A stretch of DNA of 64,000 nucleotides from assembly GCA_038231435.1 (NCBI GenBank), contig JBBRLJ010000007.1, positions 61,139 through 125,138 on the forward strand, in the 5' to 3' direction. This DNA is from Planctomycetota bacterium. GTDB taxonomy: Bacteria > Planctomycetota > UBA11346. The notes below the pieces were generated by a model. It worked only from the letters and a program-made list of their open reading frames with translations, searched no databases and was not told the origin of the DNA. This document shows, in pieces, positions 1 through 10,751 of the stretch (the first letter of the stretch is position 1; every line of letters starts with the position of its first letter). Both the position numbers and the translations under genes were made by a program.

Positions 1-29
1 GCATCCCTTCCAACCCACCAGGAGATCCC

Positions 30-998
30 ATGTCCTTCATGAACGCCTTGTCCCAATCGTGCGCCCTGGTGATCGCTGCCGCGATCGCCGCGCCGTCGGT
101 CTTCGCGCTTGAGGTGGATGCTGGCATCAAGCCCTACGAGCAGGCCAGCGGCGTATCGGGCAATCTCAACAGCATCGGCTCGGACACACTCAACAACGTC
201 ATGACCTTCTGGGCGGAAGGGTTCCAGTCGGTCTATCCCAACGTGAAGATCCAGATCGAGGGCAAGGGCTCGACCACCGCGCCCCCGGCGCTCACTGCCG
301 GTACCGCGCAGCTGGGTCCCATGAGCCGGCAGATGAAGAAGGAGGAGATCGACGCCTTCGAGAAGAAGTACGGCTACAAGCCCACCGAATTCCGCGTCGC
401 CATCGACGGCCTCGCCGTGTTCGTGCACAAGGACAATCCCATCACCGGGCTGACCCTCCAGCAAATCGACGGCATGTTCTCATCCACGCTCAAGCGCGAA
501 GGCAAGGATATCGGCGATTGGGGCGACATCATTCCGGCGTGGAAGGGCAAGTCGGTTTCGCTCTACGGCCGCAACAGCGCCTCTGGCACCTACGGCTACT
601 TCAAGGAGCACGCGCTCAAGAAGGGCGACTACAAGAGCTCGGTGAAGGAGCAGCCGGGTTCCTCGGCGGTGGTGCAGGGCGTCGCCTCCGACGTGACCGG
701 CATCGGCTACTCGGGCATCGGCTACGTGACCTCGAGCGTGAAGGCCCTGCCGCTGGGCGAGAAGGCCGACGCGCTGGTCGAGCCGACGTATGAGAACTGC
801 CTGAGCGGCAAGTATCCGCTCGCGCGCTTCCTCTATGTGTACGTGAACAAGAAGCCGGGCCAGCCGCTCGATGCGCTCACCGGCGCGTTCATCACGTACA
901 TCCAGTCGAAGGAAGGCCAGGAGATCGTGATCAAGGACGGCTACTTCCCGCTGACCGCGAAGTTTGTCGACGAGGAATTGGCCAAGCTGGCCAAGTGA
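30..998 (+). CDS. pstS: Phosphate ABC transporter substrate-binding protein
   Basis: Signal peptide; GSDTL, EGKGSTTAP, GRNSASGTYGYF and YPLARFLY motifs; AGGAG SD upstream; first gene of the pst operon. Confidence 0.96.
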   Translation: MSFMNALSQSCALVIAAAIAAPSVFALEVDAGIKPYEQASGVSGNLNSIGSDTLNNVMTFWAEGFQSVYPNVKIQIEGKGSTTAPPALTAGTAQLGPMSRQMKKEEIDAFEKKYGYKPTEFRVAIDGLAVFVHKDNPITGLTLQQIDGMFSSTLKREGKDIGDWGDIIPAWKGKSVSLYGRNSASGTYGYFKEHALKKGDYKSSVKEQPGSSAVVQGVASDVTGIGYSGIGYVTSSVKALPLGEKADALVEPTYENCLSGKYPLARFLYVYVNKKPGQPLDALTGAFITYIQSKEGQEIVIKDGYFPLTAKFVDEELAKLAK

Positions 999-1053
999 CG
1001 GTATCGATCTCCGGATTTCCCGGATGGCCGGATCTTCGTGCTCCGGAGATCGC

Positions 1054-3348
1054 ATGGAGCGTGACGTGACGAATGAGGATCGGGCGGGTATGGCGCCGCC
1101 AGCCGAGCGTTTCAGGACCGTGCGATCCACCCTGATCGTGGACCGGGTCATGACCGGGATCATCAAGATCGGCGGGCTCGGCATCATCGTGACCGTCTTC
1201 GCGATCTTCGGCTTCATCGTCTGGCAGATCGTGCCGCTGTTCCGTGGCGCCAGCGTGGCCGAGGCCGGGACCATGCAGGCGCCGCCGGGTAAGGCCATGG
1301 CGATCGGCATCGACGAATGGGGCGAACGGCCTTTCGTGGCCTATGCGGATGGCACCGTGGCGTTCCTCGGTGCGGGCAGCGACGGCCGCACCACGGTCCT
1401 CCCCGAAGGGGTGCGACCGACCTGCGTGCACTACGATCTCCGCACGCAGAGCCTGGCCATGGGCACCGACGACGGCACCATCGTGCGCGTCGGGATCTCG
1501 TACTCCGCCGAATTCGCCGACGGCAAGCGCGTCATCACGGCATCGGCGAGCGGCGACGAGGCGCTGCGGATCGGTCCGAAGGGCGTTCCGCTGGTTGCGG
1601 TTGCGATCGGCGATTCAGGCGGAGACAAACTGGCCGCGGCCATCCTCGGGACCACGGGCAAGCGATCGGTGATGGCACTCGTGCTCGAGCATGAGGAAGG
1701 TCTGCTGGGATCAGCCGGCGCTGCGTCGGGTTCCACCGAGCCGATCGACCTCACCAGCCTGGTGCCTGGAACGCCGGAGCGGCTCCTGGTCGATGATCGC
1801 GCCGAGAGCATCCTGGTGATGACGCGCGAAGGTGATGTCTGCTATCTCTTCCGCCAGGGTCACGCCTTCGAACGCCGACAAATATTCGCTCCATTCGGCG
1901 ACCTGCCGGTACGCGCCATCGCCTCGATGGACTATTTGCTCGGCGACGTGTCGGCGGTGCTGACCTCGCCCACCGGCGAGAACCGCATCTTCAGCCTCTA
2001 TTACCATCCGGGCGCCGATAAACGCACCTTCGGCCAGACCAAGGAACTCGCCGCCCTTCCCGGCCCGGCCCTCGGATACGCCGCGAGCACGCGCAACAAG
2101 GCGTTCGCCGTGATCTCTGGCTCGATCGCATCCCTGCGCTACGGCACCACCGCGCAGGTCCGTTGGCAGAAAGCGTTGCCGTTCGAGCCATCGGCAGTCA
2201 CCATCAACGGCAAGTACGATCGCATGGCGCTGCTCGACGGCGAGAACCGCCTGCACCTGATGACCGTCCATGATCCGCATCCCGAGGCCGGCATCCGCGC
2301 GTTGTTCGGCAAGGTCTGGTACGAGGGCGCGCCGGAAGCCAAGTTCGAATGGCAGTCGACCGGTGGCTCAGACGACTTCGAGCCGAAGCTGTCGATGGTG
2401 AACCTGCTGTTCGGCACCATCAAAGGCACGTTCTACGCGATGCTGTTCGCGGTGCCCATCGCCATCCTCGGCGCGGTCTATACCGCCGAGTTCATGCGGC
2501 CCTCGTACCGCAGCGTGATCAAGCCCACGGTCGAGATCATGGCCTCGCTGCCGTCGGTGGTGCTGGGCTTCCTCGCTGCGCAATGGCTGGCGCCGCTGAT
2601 CGAGAACCGCGTGCCGTCGGTGCTGCTGCTCATCATCCTGCTGCCGGCTTCCGCCTTCACCGTCGGCTGGGGGTGGTCCAGGATGCCGATGCGCTGGCGC
2701 AGCAGGCTCAAGCCCGGCCAGGAGTTCATCGCCTTCCTGCCGATCCTGGCCCTGGTGGCGTGGGGCGCATGGCTGCTCGGGCCGCTGGTCGAGCGCGCCG
2801 TGTTCACGGTTCCGGATCCCCACGGCGGCGGACGGATAGCAGACTTCCGCATGTGGTGGGAGTCCTTCTCTGGCGCTAAGTTCGAGCAGCGCAATTCTTT
2901 GGTGGTGGGCTTCATGATGGGCTTCGCCGTCATCCCCATCATCTTCACCATCGCCGAGGACGCGCTCTCGAACGTGCCGCGGGCCTTGCGCTCCGGTTCG
3001 CTCGCGCTGGGCGCCAGCCGCTGGCAGACCGCGATGAGCGTGGTGGTGCCGACCGCGTCCGCCGGCGTCTTCTCGGCGCTCATGATCGGCCTCGGGCGCG
3101 CGATCGGCGAGACCATGATCGTGGTCATGGCGACTGGCAACACGCCGATCATGGATTTCGACATCTTCAACGGCCTGCGCACCTTGTCGGCGAACATCGC
3201 GGTCGAGCTACCCGAGGCTTCGGAGGGGGGGACGCTATACCGCACCCTATTCCTGGGTGCGCTGTTGCTGTTCCTGATGACCTTCGTCATCAACACCGTC
3301 GCAGAGGTGCTGCGCCAGCACCTGCGCGAGAAATACAAGACTTCGTGA
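1054..3348 (+). CDS. pstC: Phosphate ABC transporter permease, long form with a large periplasmic domain
   Basis: C-terminal BPD_transp_1 motifs (KPTVEIMASLPSVV, ALGASRWQT, GRAIGETMIVVMATGN); start placed at ATG 1054 behind GGAG; ORF open from 964. Confidence 0.92.
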   Translation: MERDVTNEDRAGMAPPAERFRTVRSTLIVDRVMTGIIKIGGLGIIVTVFAIFGFIVWQIVPLFRGASVAEAGTMQAPPGKAMAIGIDEWGERPFVAYADGTVAFLGAGSDGRTTVLPEGVRPTCVHYDLRTQSLAMGTDDGTIVRVGISYSAEFADGKRVITASASGDEALRIGPKGVPLVAVAIGDSGGDKLAAAILGTTGKRSVMALVLEHEEGLLGSAGAASGSTEPIDLTSLVPGTPERLLVDDRAESILVMTREGDVCYLFRQGHAFERRQIFAPFGDLPVRAIASMDYLLGDVSAVLTSPTGENRIFSLYYHPGADKRTFGQTKELAALPGPALGYAASTRNKAFAVISGSIASLRYGTTAQVRWQKALPFEPSAVTINGKYDRMALLDGENRLHLMTVHDPHPEAGIRALFGKVWYEGAPEAKFEWQSTGGSDDFEPKLSMVNLLFGTIKGTFYAMLFAVPIAILGAVYTAEFMRPSYRSVIKPTVEIMASLPSVVLGFLAAQWLAPLIENRVPSVLLLIILLPASAFTVGWGWSRMPMRWRSRLKPGQEFIAFLPILALVAWGAWLLGPLVERAVFTVPDPHGGGRIADFRMWWESFSGAKFEQRNSLVVGFMMGFAVIPIIFTIAEDALSNVPRALRSGSLALGASRWQTAMSVVVPTASAGVFSALMIGLGRAIGETMIVVMATGNTPIMDFDIFNGLRTLSANIAVELPEASEGGTLYRTLFLGALLLFLMTFVINTVAEVLRQHLREKYKTS

Positions 3349-4991
3349 TGGATCTCCCCGTGACCACCGCCGTGAAGCCCGTGCGCCGCACGCCTGGCGA
3401 ACCCATGGTCTGGGTGACGGCCATGGGGCTCGCCATCGGCCTGGCCATGGTCGCCGGCCTGCTCGGCGTCATCGTCTGGCATGGGATCGGCGTGTTCTGG
3501 CCGAAACGCATCGAGCTCTTCCGGCTCGTGGCCGCCGATGCCGGCACGACGACGGTCGGCGGAGTGGTGGTCAAGCGCCAGGACAAATCGCCAGAGATCG
3601 GCAAGCCGCCGGTGCCCGAGATCCAGATCTACACCGGCAATCGCGACGTGTACGGGCTCGCCTTCCGCTACCTCGATGTCGCGAACATCGCCGGTTCGTC
3701 GCGACCCGACGATGCGCTGGTGGTCGAACGCATGCAGAACGGGAACCTGCTCGGACAGCCCGCGCGGATCGAGCTCAAGGGCGGGCAGTCGGTGGATGCG
3801 GCTGATCCGGAGTTCACCTCTCGCCTGGACACGCTGCTCGCCGAGGCGACCCGCCGCCGTGCAGAGATCCACCATCTCGAGAAGCAGGTCATCGGCGCCA
3901 ATGCATCGCAGATCCGCCAGCTCGAGACCCGCCTGCGCGCGGCCGCTCCGGGCTCGAACGAGGTGCAACAAGACCAGGCCCGGCTCGCCAGCCTCAAGGC
4001 CACGTATGCGGAGCTCTCGGCGAGCGCCAAGGAGCTGCGCGGGCACCAGAACGACCACCATCTGGTGGTGCGGCTCTTCACCGGCGAGCAGAAGAGCGTT
4101 CCACTGGGCGAAGTGGTCTCGTTCCATTTCCCGAACCGCATGGGCTTCACGGCCCGGGCGGTGGCGTTCTTCGCCAACGCCTGGGGATTCGTGAGCGGGA
4201 GTCCGCGCGAATCCAACACCGAGGGCGGCATCTTTCCCGCCATCTTCGGCACGTTCGTCATGACTCTGTTGATGAGCGTGGTGGTGGTGCCGTTCGGCGT
4301 GGTCGCCGCCATCTACCTGCGCGAATACGCCAAGCAGGGCCCGGTGGTGCGCGCGGTGCGCATCGCGGTGAACAATCTTGCGGGTGTGCCGTCGATCGTC
4401 TTCGGCGTGTTCGGCCTGGGGTTCTTCGTCTATGTCGTGGGTGGCAGCATCGATCGGGCCTTCTTCAGCCAGAACCTGCCCAACCCCACCTTCGGCACCG
4501 GCGGCATCGGCTGGGCGGCGCTGACCCTGGCGTTGATGACGGTGCCGGTGGTGATCGTCGCCACCGAGGAATCCATAGCAGCGGTACCGCGCGGAGCGCG
4601 CGAAGGCAGCCTCGCCTGCGGAGCGTCGAAGTGGCAGACCATCCGTAGCATCGTGCTGCCTGCGGCGGTGCCCGGCATCCTCACCGGGCTGATCCTGGCG
4701 ATGGCGCGCGGCGCCGGTGAGGTCGCGCCGTTGATGCTCGTCGGAGTGGTGAAGCTGGCGCCCAGCCTGCCTGTCGATCTCGAGTATCCGTTCGTGCATC
4801 TCGACCAGAAGTTCATGCACCTGGGCTTCCACATCTACGACCTCGGCTTCCAGTCGCCCGATTCGGAGGCCGCCAAGCCGATGGTGTTCGCGACCACGCT
4901 GTTCCTCATCCTGCTGGTGGTGGTGCTGAACCTCGGCGCCATCATGCTGCGTGAACGTTTGCGCCGCAGATTCGCGACCTCCACCTTCTGA
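3345..4991 (+). CDS. pstA: Phosphate ABC transporter permease PstA, long form
   Basis: [31 protein letters not shown] and [10 protein letters not shown] motifs; GTGA overlap with pstC. Confidence 0.95.
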   Translation: MMDLPVTTAVKPVRRTPGEPMVWVTAMGLAIGLAMVAGLLGVIVWHGIGVFWPKRIELFRLVAADAGTTTVGGVVVKRQDKSPEIGKPPVPEIQIYTGNRDVYGLAFRYLDVANIAGSSRPDDALVVERMQNGNLLGQPARIELKGGQSVDAADPEFTSRLDTLLAEATRRRAEIHHLEKQVIGANASQIRQLETRLRAAAPGSNEVQQDQARLASLKATYAELSASAKELRGHQNDHHLVVRLFTGEQKSVPLGEVVSFHFPNRMGFTARAVAFFANAWGFVSGSPRESNTEGGIFPAIFGTFVMTLLMSVVVVPFGVVAAIYLREYAKQGPVVRAVRIAVNNLAGVPSIVFGVFGLGFFVYVVGGSIDRAFFSQNLPNPTFGTGGIGWAALTLALMTVPVVIVATEESIAAVPRGAREGSLACGASKWQTIRSIVLPAAVPGILTGLILAMARGAGEVAPLMLVGVVKLAPSLPVDLEYPFVHLDQKFMHLGFHIYDLGFQSPDSEAAKPMVFATTLFLILLVVVLNLGAIMLRERLRRRFATSTF

Positions 4992-5008
4992 CCGGATCCA
5001 GCAACCCA

Positions 5009-5905
5009 GTGAACGATCCAGTGAATGACCAAGCGAAAGACCTGCACCTCATGGACCAGAAGATCGCGTCACCGCCGCCGAACATGACCGCCCCGGCCGC
5101 TGCGTCCGCCGCATCCGCTCAGGCCGCGGGCGAGCTCCAGGGCGAACCCCGCGCCGGATACATCAGCATCCGCGACTACGACTTCATGTACGGCGCCAAC
5201 CAGGTGCTGTTCAAGATCAGCATGGAGATTCCCGCGCGCAAGGTGACCGCCCTGATCGGGCCGTCAGGCTGCGGCAAGTCGACCCTGCTGCGCAATCTCA
5301 ACCGCATGAACGATCTGATCGATGGGGTTTCGCATCGCGGCGACATCCTGATCGATGGCCACACCATCTACGATCCCCACATCGAGGTCACCACGCTGCG
5401 CAAGCGCGTCGGCATGGTGTTCCAGAAATCGAATCCGTTCCCCAAGTCGATCTACGAGAACGTCGTCTACGGCCTGCGCGTGGCGGGCGGATACACCAAG
5501 CAGCAGCTCGATCGCGCCTGCGAAGAGGCCTTGCGCTCATCGGCCCTGTGGGACGAGGTCAAGGATCGCCTCGGAGCGAGCGCCCTCGGGCTGTCGGGTG
5601 GTCAGCAGCAGCGCCTGTGCATCGCGCGCGCGATCGCCATCCGTCCAGAAGTCCTGCTGATGGACGAGCCGTGCTCGGCACTCGACCCGATCGCCACCGG
5701 CAAGATCGAGGAGCTCATCACCGAGCTGAAGAAGGATTTCACGCTGGTGATCGTCACGCACAATATGCAGCAGGCCGCTCGCTGCTCGGACCGCACCGCG
5801 TTCTTCTACCTCGGCAAGCTCATCGAGTACGACACCACCTTGAAGATCTTCACCACCCCGGCGCAGAAGCAGACCGAGGACTACATCACCGGACGTTTCG
5901 GTTGA
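5009..5905 (+). CDS. pstB: Phosphate ABC transporter ATP-binding protein
   Basis: Walker [33 protein letters not shown]-terminal [10 protein letters not shown]; true start may be slightly downstream. Confidence 0.97.
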   Translation: MNDPVNDQAKDLHLMDQKIASPPPNMTAPAAASAASAQAAGELQGEPRAGYISIRDYDFMYGANQVLFKISMEIPARKVTALIGPSGCGKSTLLRNLNRMNDLIDGVSHRGDILIDGHTIYDPHIEVTTLRKRVGMVFQKSNPFPKSIYENVVYGLRVAGGYTKQQLDRACEEALRSSALWDEVKDRLGASALGLSGGQQQRLCIARAIAIRPEVLLMDEPCSALDPIATGKIEELITELKKDFTLVIVTHNMQQAARCSDRTAFFYLGKLIEYDTTLKIFTTPAQKQTEDYITGRFG

Positions 5906-5933
5906 ATCATCCGAAGGAAGAGAGCGCACTACC

Positions 5934-6605
5934 ATGAACCAGATCAGGCATTTCGACATCGATCTCGCGGAGCTCAAGCGCACGTTGGTGAGCATGGGCA
6001 ACCTCGTCGAGCGCTCGCTCGAGATGGCGGTCAAGACCATCCTTCAGCCCACCATGGAGGTGCGCGATGAGGTGGGCAGCATCGAGGAGCAGATCGATGC
6101 GCTCGAGACCACTATCGAGGAGCGTTGCCACCAGATCATCGCCCTGCAGTCGCCCATGGCCAAGGACCTGCGCTTCCTGATCTCGGCCACGCGCATCACC
6201 TCTGATCTCGAGCAGGTCGGGGATCTCGCCGAATCGGTGGCCAAGCGCGCGCATTACATCGCTCGCCACCAGCTGGTGCGCAATCCCGAGGAACTCGGCA
6301 CGCTCGGCGCGCTCGCCCGCGAGATGGTCCACCAGGCGCTCGAGGCGTTCGTCTCCGGAGAGGCCGAGACCGCGAAGCGCATCCTGCTCGAGGAAGACGA
6401 CGCGGATCGCTTGACCAAGGAGTGCTACAAGGGCATCCAGCAGGCCATGCAGGCCCAGCCCGAGCTGATCAAGGAATACACCCACCTGCTGCGCGCGGTC
6501 GGCCATCTCGAGCACGCGGCGGACATCGCGGTGTCGATCGCCGAGGAGGCCGTCTACATCCACCGTGGCCAGCTCATCCGCCACCAGCACCACCTGGACA
6601 GCTGA
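5934..6605 (+). CDS. phoU: Phosphate signalling protein PhoU
   Basis: Two PhoU repeats (ALQSPMAKDLR..DLEQVGDLA; LEHAAD); position after pstB. Confidence 0.94.
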   Translation: MNQIRHFDIDLAELKRTLVSMGNLVERSLEMAVKTILQPTMEVRDEVGSIEEQIDALETTIEERCHQIIALQSPMAKDLRFLISATRITSDLEQVGDLAESVAKRAHYIARHQLVRNPEELGTLGALAREMVHQALEAFVSGEAETAKRILLEEDDADRLTKECYKGIQQAMQAQPELIKEYTHLLRAVGHLEHAADIAVSIAEEAVYIHRGQLIRHQHHLDS

Positions 6606-6612
6606 GGAACCG

Positions 6613-7305
6613 ATGTCGCGCATCCTGGTCATCGAGGACGAACCTGACATCCAGGCCCTGCTGCGCTACAACCTCCAGCGCGAAGGCCACGACGTGACCG
6701 TGGCCTCAACCGGCGCGGACGGGCTCCATGAGGCGCGGCGCCAGCCCTTCGATCTGGTGCTGCTCGACCTCATGCTCCCGGATCGCGACGGCCTCGAGGT
6801 CTGCCGCGTGATGCGTTCGGGGAAGGACATGGCCGCGGTGCCGATCATCATGGTCACCGCGAAAGGGGACGAGAGCGAGGTGGTCCTGGGTCTGGGCATG
6901 GGCGCAGACGACTACGTCACCAAGCCCTTCCGGGTGAAGGAGCTCATGGCGCGCATCAAGGTGCGCCTGGTGCGCAACCGCGAGGAGGCGATCGACGCCG
7001 AGAAGCGCCGCATCCAGCTCGGAACCATGGTCATCGACCCGGTGCGCCACAAGGTCACCATTGCCGACGAGGCTGCCGCGCTGACGCTTACCGAGTTCAA
7101 GCTGTTGCACTTCCTGGCCCTGCATCCCGGGATCGCCTACAGCCGCTACGACATCCTCGAGCGCATCGTCGGCGGCGATTCGGTGGTCACCGATCGCACC
7201 ATCGACGTCCACGTGCGCAACCTGCGTGCCAAGATCACGCCCTATGGCGGTCTCATCGAGACCGTGCGCGGCGTCGGCTATCGCTTCAGCGATGCGCCGT
7301 TGTAG
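6613..7305 (+). CDS. phoB: OmpR/PhoB-family response regulator
   Basis: REC domain (IEDE, LLDLMLP, GADDYVTKPF) plus wHTH (DRTIDVHVRNLR, ETVRGVGYRF); pho operon context; ATG behind GAGG. Confidence 0.9.
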   Translation: MSRILVIEDEPDIQALLRYNLQREGHDVTVASTGADGLHEARRQPFDLVLLDLMLPDRDGLEVCRVMRSGKDMAAVPIIMVTAKGDESEVVLGLGMGADDYVTKPFRVKELMARIKVRLVRNREEAIDAEKRRIQLGTMVIDPVRHKVTIADEAAALTLTEFKLLHFLALHPGIAYSRYDILERIVGGDSVVTDRTIDVHVRNLRAKITPYGGLIETVRGVGYRFSDAPL

Positions 7306-7370
7306 ACAACGTCCGTGATGCCGTTGCCGCCTATCTCCACGCTCGTGCCCGAGTCCGGGGTGATCTCGCC

Positions 7371-9113
7371 ATGAACCGCTGGTGGCGCATCGCCGCTGCC
7401 GGGTTCACGCTCGCTGCCGGGCTCACCCTGCTCGCCGTGGTGGTGTGGCTGTCGCTGTCGTACCAGTACCGCGAGCTCGAGAATACCGTCCAGGCCGCAC
7501 TCGAAGCCCAGGAGCTCGACGAGGCCGCCATCATCGCAGCCTTGGCCGGACCGGATCCGCAGCGCGACTTGGCGGCCTGGAACGCGCTGAAGCTGCCGGA
7601 TCGGCGCCGCTTGACGGTGATCGCACCGGACGGAGGCGTGCTCTACGACTCGGCCGCCGATCCCGGGCACATGGAGAACCACAACAGTCGGCCTGAGGTG
7701 GTGCAGGCGCGCGCGACCGGATCCGGTGTCAGCAGGCGCATCAGCGATACCGTCGGCATCGCCTTCATCTACGCGGCGCGGGCGCTGCCCGACGGACGGG
7801 TGGTGCGCGTCGCCGCGCCGTTCACCATCGAGACCGCACTGGTGCGGGGCATCTTCTCGTCGATGGCCGCGGCGACGCTGCTGGTGGCGGCGTCGGCGGC
7901 GGCGCTGGTGGCGCTGAACCTCTGGCGCAACCGCTACCGTTTCCGCGAGCTGCGCGAAGTGTCGCGCGCCTTCTCGCGCGGCGAATTCAGCCGGCGCGCG
8001 ATCGCGGGAGGACGCGGGACCTACGCCTCGCTCGGCTTGGAGCTCAACCAGCTCGGCGAGCGCCTGCAGGAGACCCTCCACGATCTCGCGGCGAGCCGCG
8101 AACTGCTCGACGGCGCGCTCGGCGCGCTCGCCGAGGGGGTGGCGTGCGTGGACCGGCTCGATCGTGTCCTCTACGCCAATCCGGCGTGGCGTCAGCTCGC
8201 CGCGGGAGGGGGGGATGTCGCCGGGCAGCTCTTCTATGAGCACCTGCCCGCGGCTCCACTCGCTGCTCCTTTGAGTCTGGCGCGCGCCGCGGCCACCGAC
8301 GGTGGCTCGCAGACATCGGCCTTCGAGCATCGTCGCCGCCACCTGCAGGCGGTGGTGGCCCCGGCTGGCGAGGTCACGGTCATCATCCTGCACGACGTCA
8401 CCGAGGTCCGGCGCGCCGAGCAGGCGCGGCGCGACTTCATGTCCGGGGTCAGCCACGAATTCAAGACCCCGCTCACCTCGATCCAGGGCTTCACCGACAC
8501 CCTACTGGACGGCGCCCTCGACGATCGCGCGGTGGCCAGGGATTTCGTCGCCAAGATATCGAAACATGCCGAGCGGCTGTCGGTCCTGGTCAACGATGTG
8601 CTGACGCTGGCGCGGCTCGAGCAGGGATCCTGGGAGGTCCGTCCGGAAACACTCGACCTGGCCGCCCTCGGACGGGCGATCCTCGACGAGTTCCACGCCA
8701 TGGCCGACGCCAAGCGCGTGCGGCTGGCGCTCGATGCTCCGGCGGCGATGCCGGTAGTCAGCGATCCCGAGCTCCTGCGCCAGCTGATCGGAAATCTGGT
8801 GTCCAATGCCATTCGCTACAACCGCGAAGGCGGTTCGGCAATCCTGGCCATCGCCGATGCCGATGGCCAGGTGCGCATCACCGTCTCGGATACCGGCATC
8901 GGCATTTCGGCCGAGCATCGCGAGCGCGTGTTCGAACGCTTCTACCGCGTCGATGCCCATCGCAGCCGCCAGACCGGCGGCACCGGTCTTGGGCTGGCGA
9001 TCGTCAAGCAGCTCGTCGACATCCTCGCGGGTTCGATCCGCCTGCTGAGTGACGATCGCGGAACCGTGTTCGAAGTGTCGATCCCACGCCGCCTGCCCGG
9101 CGCCGCGACATAG
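7371..9113 (+). CDS. phoR: Sensor histidine kinase PhoR
   Basis: Two TM helices, periplasmic MENHNSRPEV motif typical of PhoR, HAMP/PAS region, SHEFKTPLT H-box, NAIRYN, FERFYRVD, GGTGLGLAIVK. Confidence 0.9.
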   Translation: MNRWWRIAAAGFTLAAGLTLLAVVVWLSLSYQYRELENTVQAALEAQELDEAAIIAALAGPDPQRDLAAWNALKLPDRRRLTVIAPDGGVLYDSAADPGHMENHNSRPEVVQARATGSGVSRRISDTVGIAFIYAARALPDGRVVRVAAPFTIETALVRGIFSSMAAATLLVAASAAALVALNLWRNRYRFRELREVSRAFSRGEFSRRAIAGGRGTYASLGLELNQLGERLQETLHDLAASRELLDGALGALAEGVACVDRLDRVLYANPAWRQLAAGGGDVAGQLFYEHLPAAPLAAPLSLARAAATDGGSQTSAFEHRRRHLQAVVAPAGEVTVIILHDVTEVRRAEQARRDFMSGVSHEFKTPLTSIQGFTDTLLDGALDDRAVARDFVAKISKHAERLSVLVNDVLTLARLEQGSWEVRPETLDLAALGRAILDEFHAMADAKRVRLALDAPAAMPVVSDPELLRQLIGNLVSNAIRYNREGGSAILAIADADGQVRITVSDTGIGISAEHRERVFERFYRVDAHRSRQTGGTGLGLAIVKQLVDILAGSIRLLSDDRGTVFEVSIPRRLPGAAT

Positions 9114-9312
9114 GTCCGTATCTTCGCTCGCGCGCCCAGGCGGGGCGGCGCCATGTCCGCGCCGTGCCGATAAGACCACGCAGGGATCCAGGCGACTGAT
9201 CGCCGTGGATCTGCGCGATGGATTCGCGCGATCGGAATGTACCATCGATGGTTACACCATGGCCCTTGCCGCCGCTCCCAGACGACGTCCTGCATCGCGC
9301 AGCGAAAGTCCC

Positions 9313-10356
9313 ATGCCCGCAGCGAAGCGCCTTGCCACATTAGTCATGGTCTGTTCGAGCAGGTGGCGCGGGGACGCATCGTGGACGGTGCTCGTGCTCA
9401 CGCTGCTTGCGGGGGCGAGCGCCCGGGCCGAGGACGCTGCGGAGTCCTTCGGCTGGCTGATGCCGGTGATCGTTCCATACACGGTCGGCGCGTCCGCCAG
9501 CGCGGATCGCCAATTCCCTGAGCCGCTCAAGGGGCAAGCAGGAACGTTCGCCCGCACCACCACGCGCGTGTCGCTGAAGGGCCAGCCGTGGTCGACGGAT
9601 CACGACGAGGTCCAGCTCACCGCTTCGGCGACGCGCGCCGACATCGATAGCGATGCGCGATTCCCGAAGACCGGGCCGCTTCCCGATCTGCTCTTCGACG
9701 GACGCGTGGGCGCCACCTACCGCCACGTGGCAGATGACCGTTCGCTGTGGGGCGCGTCCGCGGGCATCGGCTCCTCGAGCGACCATCCGTTCTCGAGCGG
9801 ATCGCTGGCGGTCAGCGCCAGCGTCTTCTACCGCGTGCCGGTGCGCGAGAGCGACGCCTGGATCCTGAGCCTGGTCTACAGCAACGACCGCGCCGTCTTC
9901 AACAACGTGCCCTTCCCGGTCCTGATGTACCAATGGACGGCCTCGCCGTCGACGACCGTGATCCTCGGGCTGCCCTTGCTCGCCGTGATCTGGAAGCCCT
10001 CGCCCCGCTACGGCGGGGAACTGTTCGCCACCGGTTTCGGGTCCGCGCACCTGGGCGGCTCGGCGTCGCCGTTCGAGTCCGCCTCCTGGCTGCGGTTCCG
10101 GGCCGCTTTCGACTATGGCGGCGAGGTCTATCGCCGCACCGATGCGCCGGACCAGGCCGACCGCATCATCTTCCGCGAGGTGCGCTTGACCGCGGGAGTG
10201 GCCCTTGAGAAGGGCAGGAGCGCGTCCGCCTACGTCTACGGCGGTTACGCAACGCACCGCCAGATCATCGAAGCCCACTCGCTCTTCGACCACGACAACC
10301 GCATCGACATCGCCGGCGGACCGGTGTTCGGAGCTTCTGCGAGCGTGCGTTTCTGA
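9313..10356 (+). CDS. Putative outer-membrane beta-barrel protein
   Basis: Signal peptide ending ARA-E; amphipathic beta strands; C-terminal ASVRF (terminal Phe); start 9313 or 9346. Confidence 0.6.
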   Translation: MPAAKRLATLVMVCSSRWRGDASWTVLVLTLLAGASARAEDAAESFGWLMPVIVPYTVGASASADRQFPEPLKGQAGTFARTTTRVSLKGQPWSTDHDEVQLTASATRADIDSDARFPKTGPLPDLLFDGRVGATYRHVADDRSLWGASAGIGSSSDHPFSSGSLAVSASVFYRVPVRESDAWILSLVYSNDRAVFNNVPFPVLMYQWTASPSTTVILGLPLLAVIWKPSPRYGGELFATGFGSAHLGGSASPFESASWLRFRAAFDYGGEVYRRTDAPDQADRIIFREVRLTAGVALEKGRSASAYVYGGYATHRQIIEAHSLFDHDNRIDIAGGPVFGASASVRF

Positions 10357-10570
10357 GGCCAGGCTCGCTGGCGGAGCGGCGGGGCCTCGGGTATGCTTCC
10401 CCTGGCCGTGGTCGGATCCGCGAGAAGGGCGCAGGAAGGCCGTATCTATATGAATAGCATTGGCTTACGAACACACGGCCAGACATTCTTGTCCACAATT
10501 GCCAGTAGTTGTTCAATCGCAGGGTCGGGGTGGGTACGGTCACACAGTCCAGCCCCGGAGGAGGCCTACG

Positions 10571-10651
10571 ATGCGGATGACCACGTTCATGCGGATGACG
10601 ATGGTGATGACGGCGCGATCCCCCGCCCCCGGGGGTTCCTTGCGGTCCTGA
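10571..10651 (+). CDS. Candidate leader peptide/uORF, MRMTTFMRMTMVMTARSPAPGGSLRS
   Basis: GGAGGAGG SD about 7 nt before ATG 10571; 6 Met and 4 Thr in the first 14 codons; 100 nt upstream of the pilin cassette. Confidence 0.35.
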   Translation: MRMTTFMRMTMVMTARSPAPGGSLRS

Positions 10652-10751
10652 GCCGTCGTCACCGCGTGCGAAGGCCGTTGGCGAAATCTGCACAAGTCCA
10701 TCGTCGGCGCCTCGTGAAGCCGTCCGGGTCCCGCCTCGATCCCACATCACC

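Noticed and set aside
2478..4832. 784-aa minus-strand ORF (likewise 12350-14560, 15394-16659, 59884-61350 and many others)
   Set aside because: Antisense shadows of well-supported plus-strand genes, expected in high-GC DNA; no motifs
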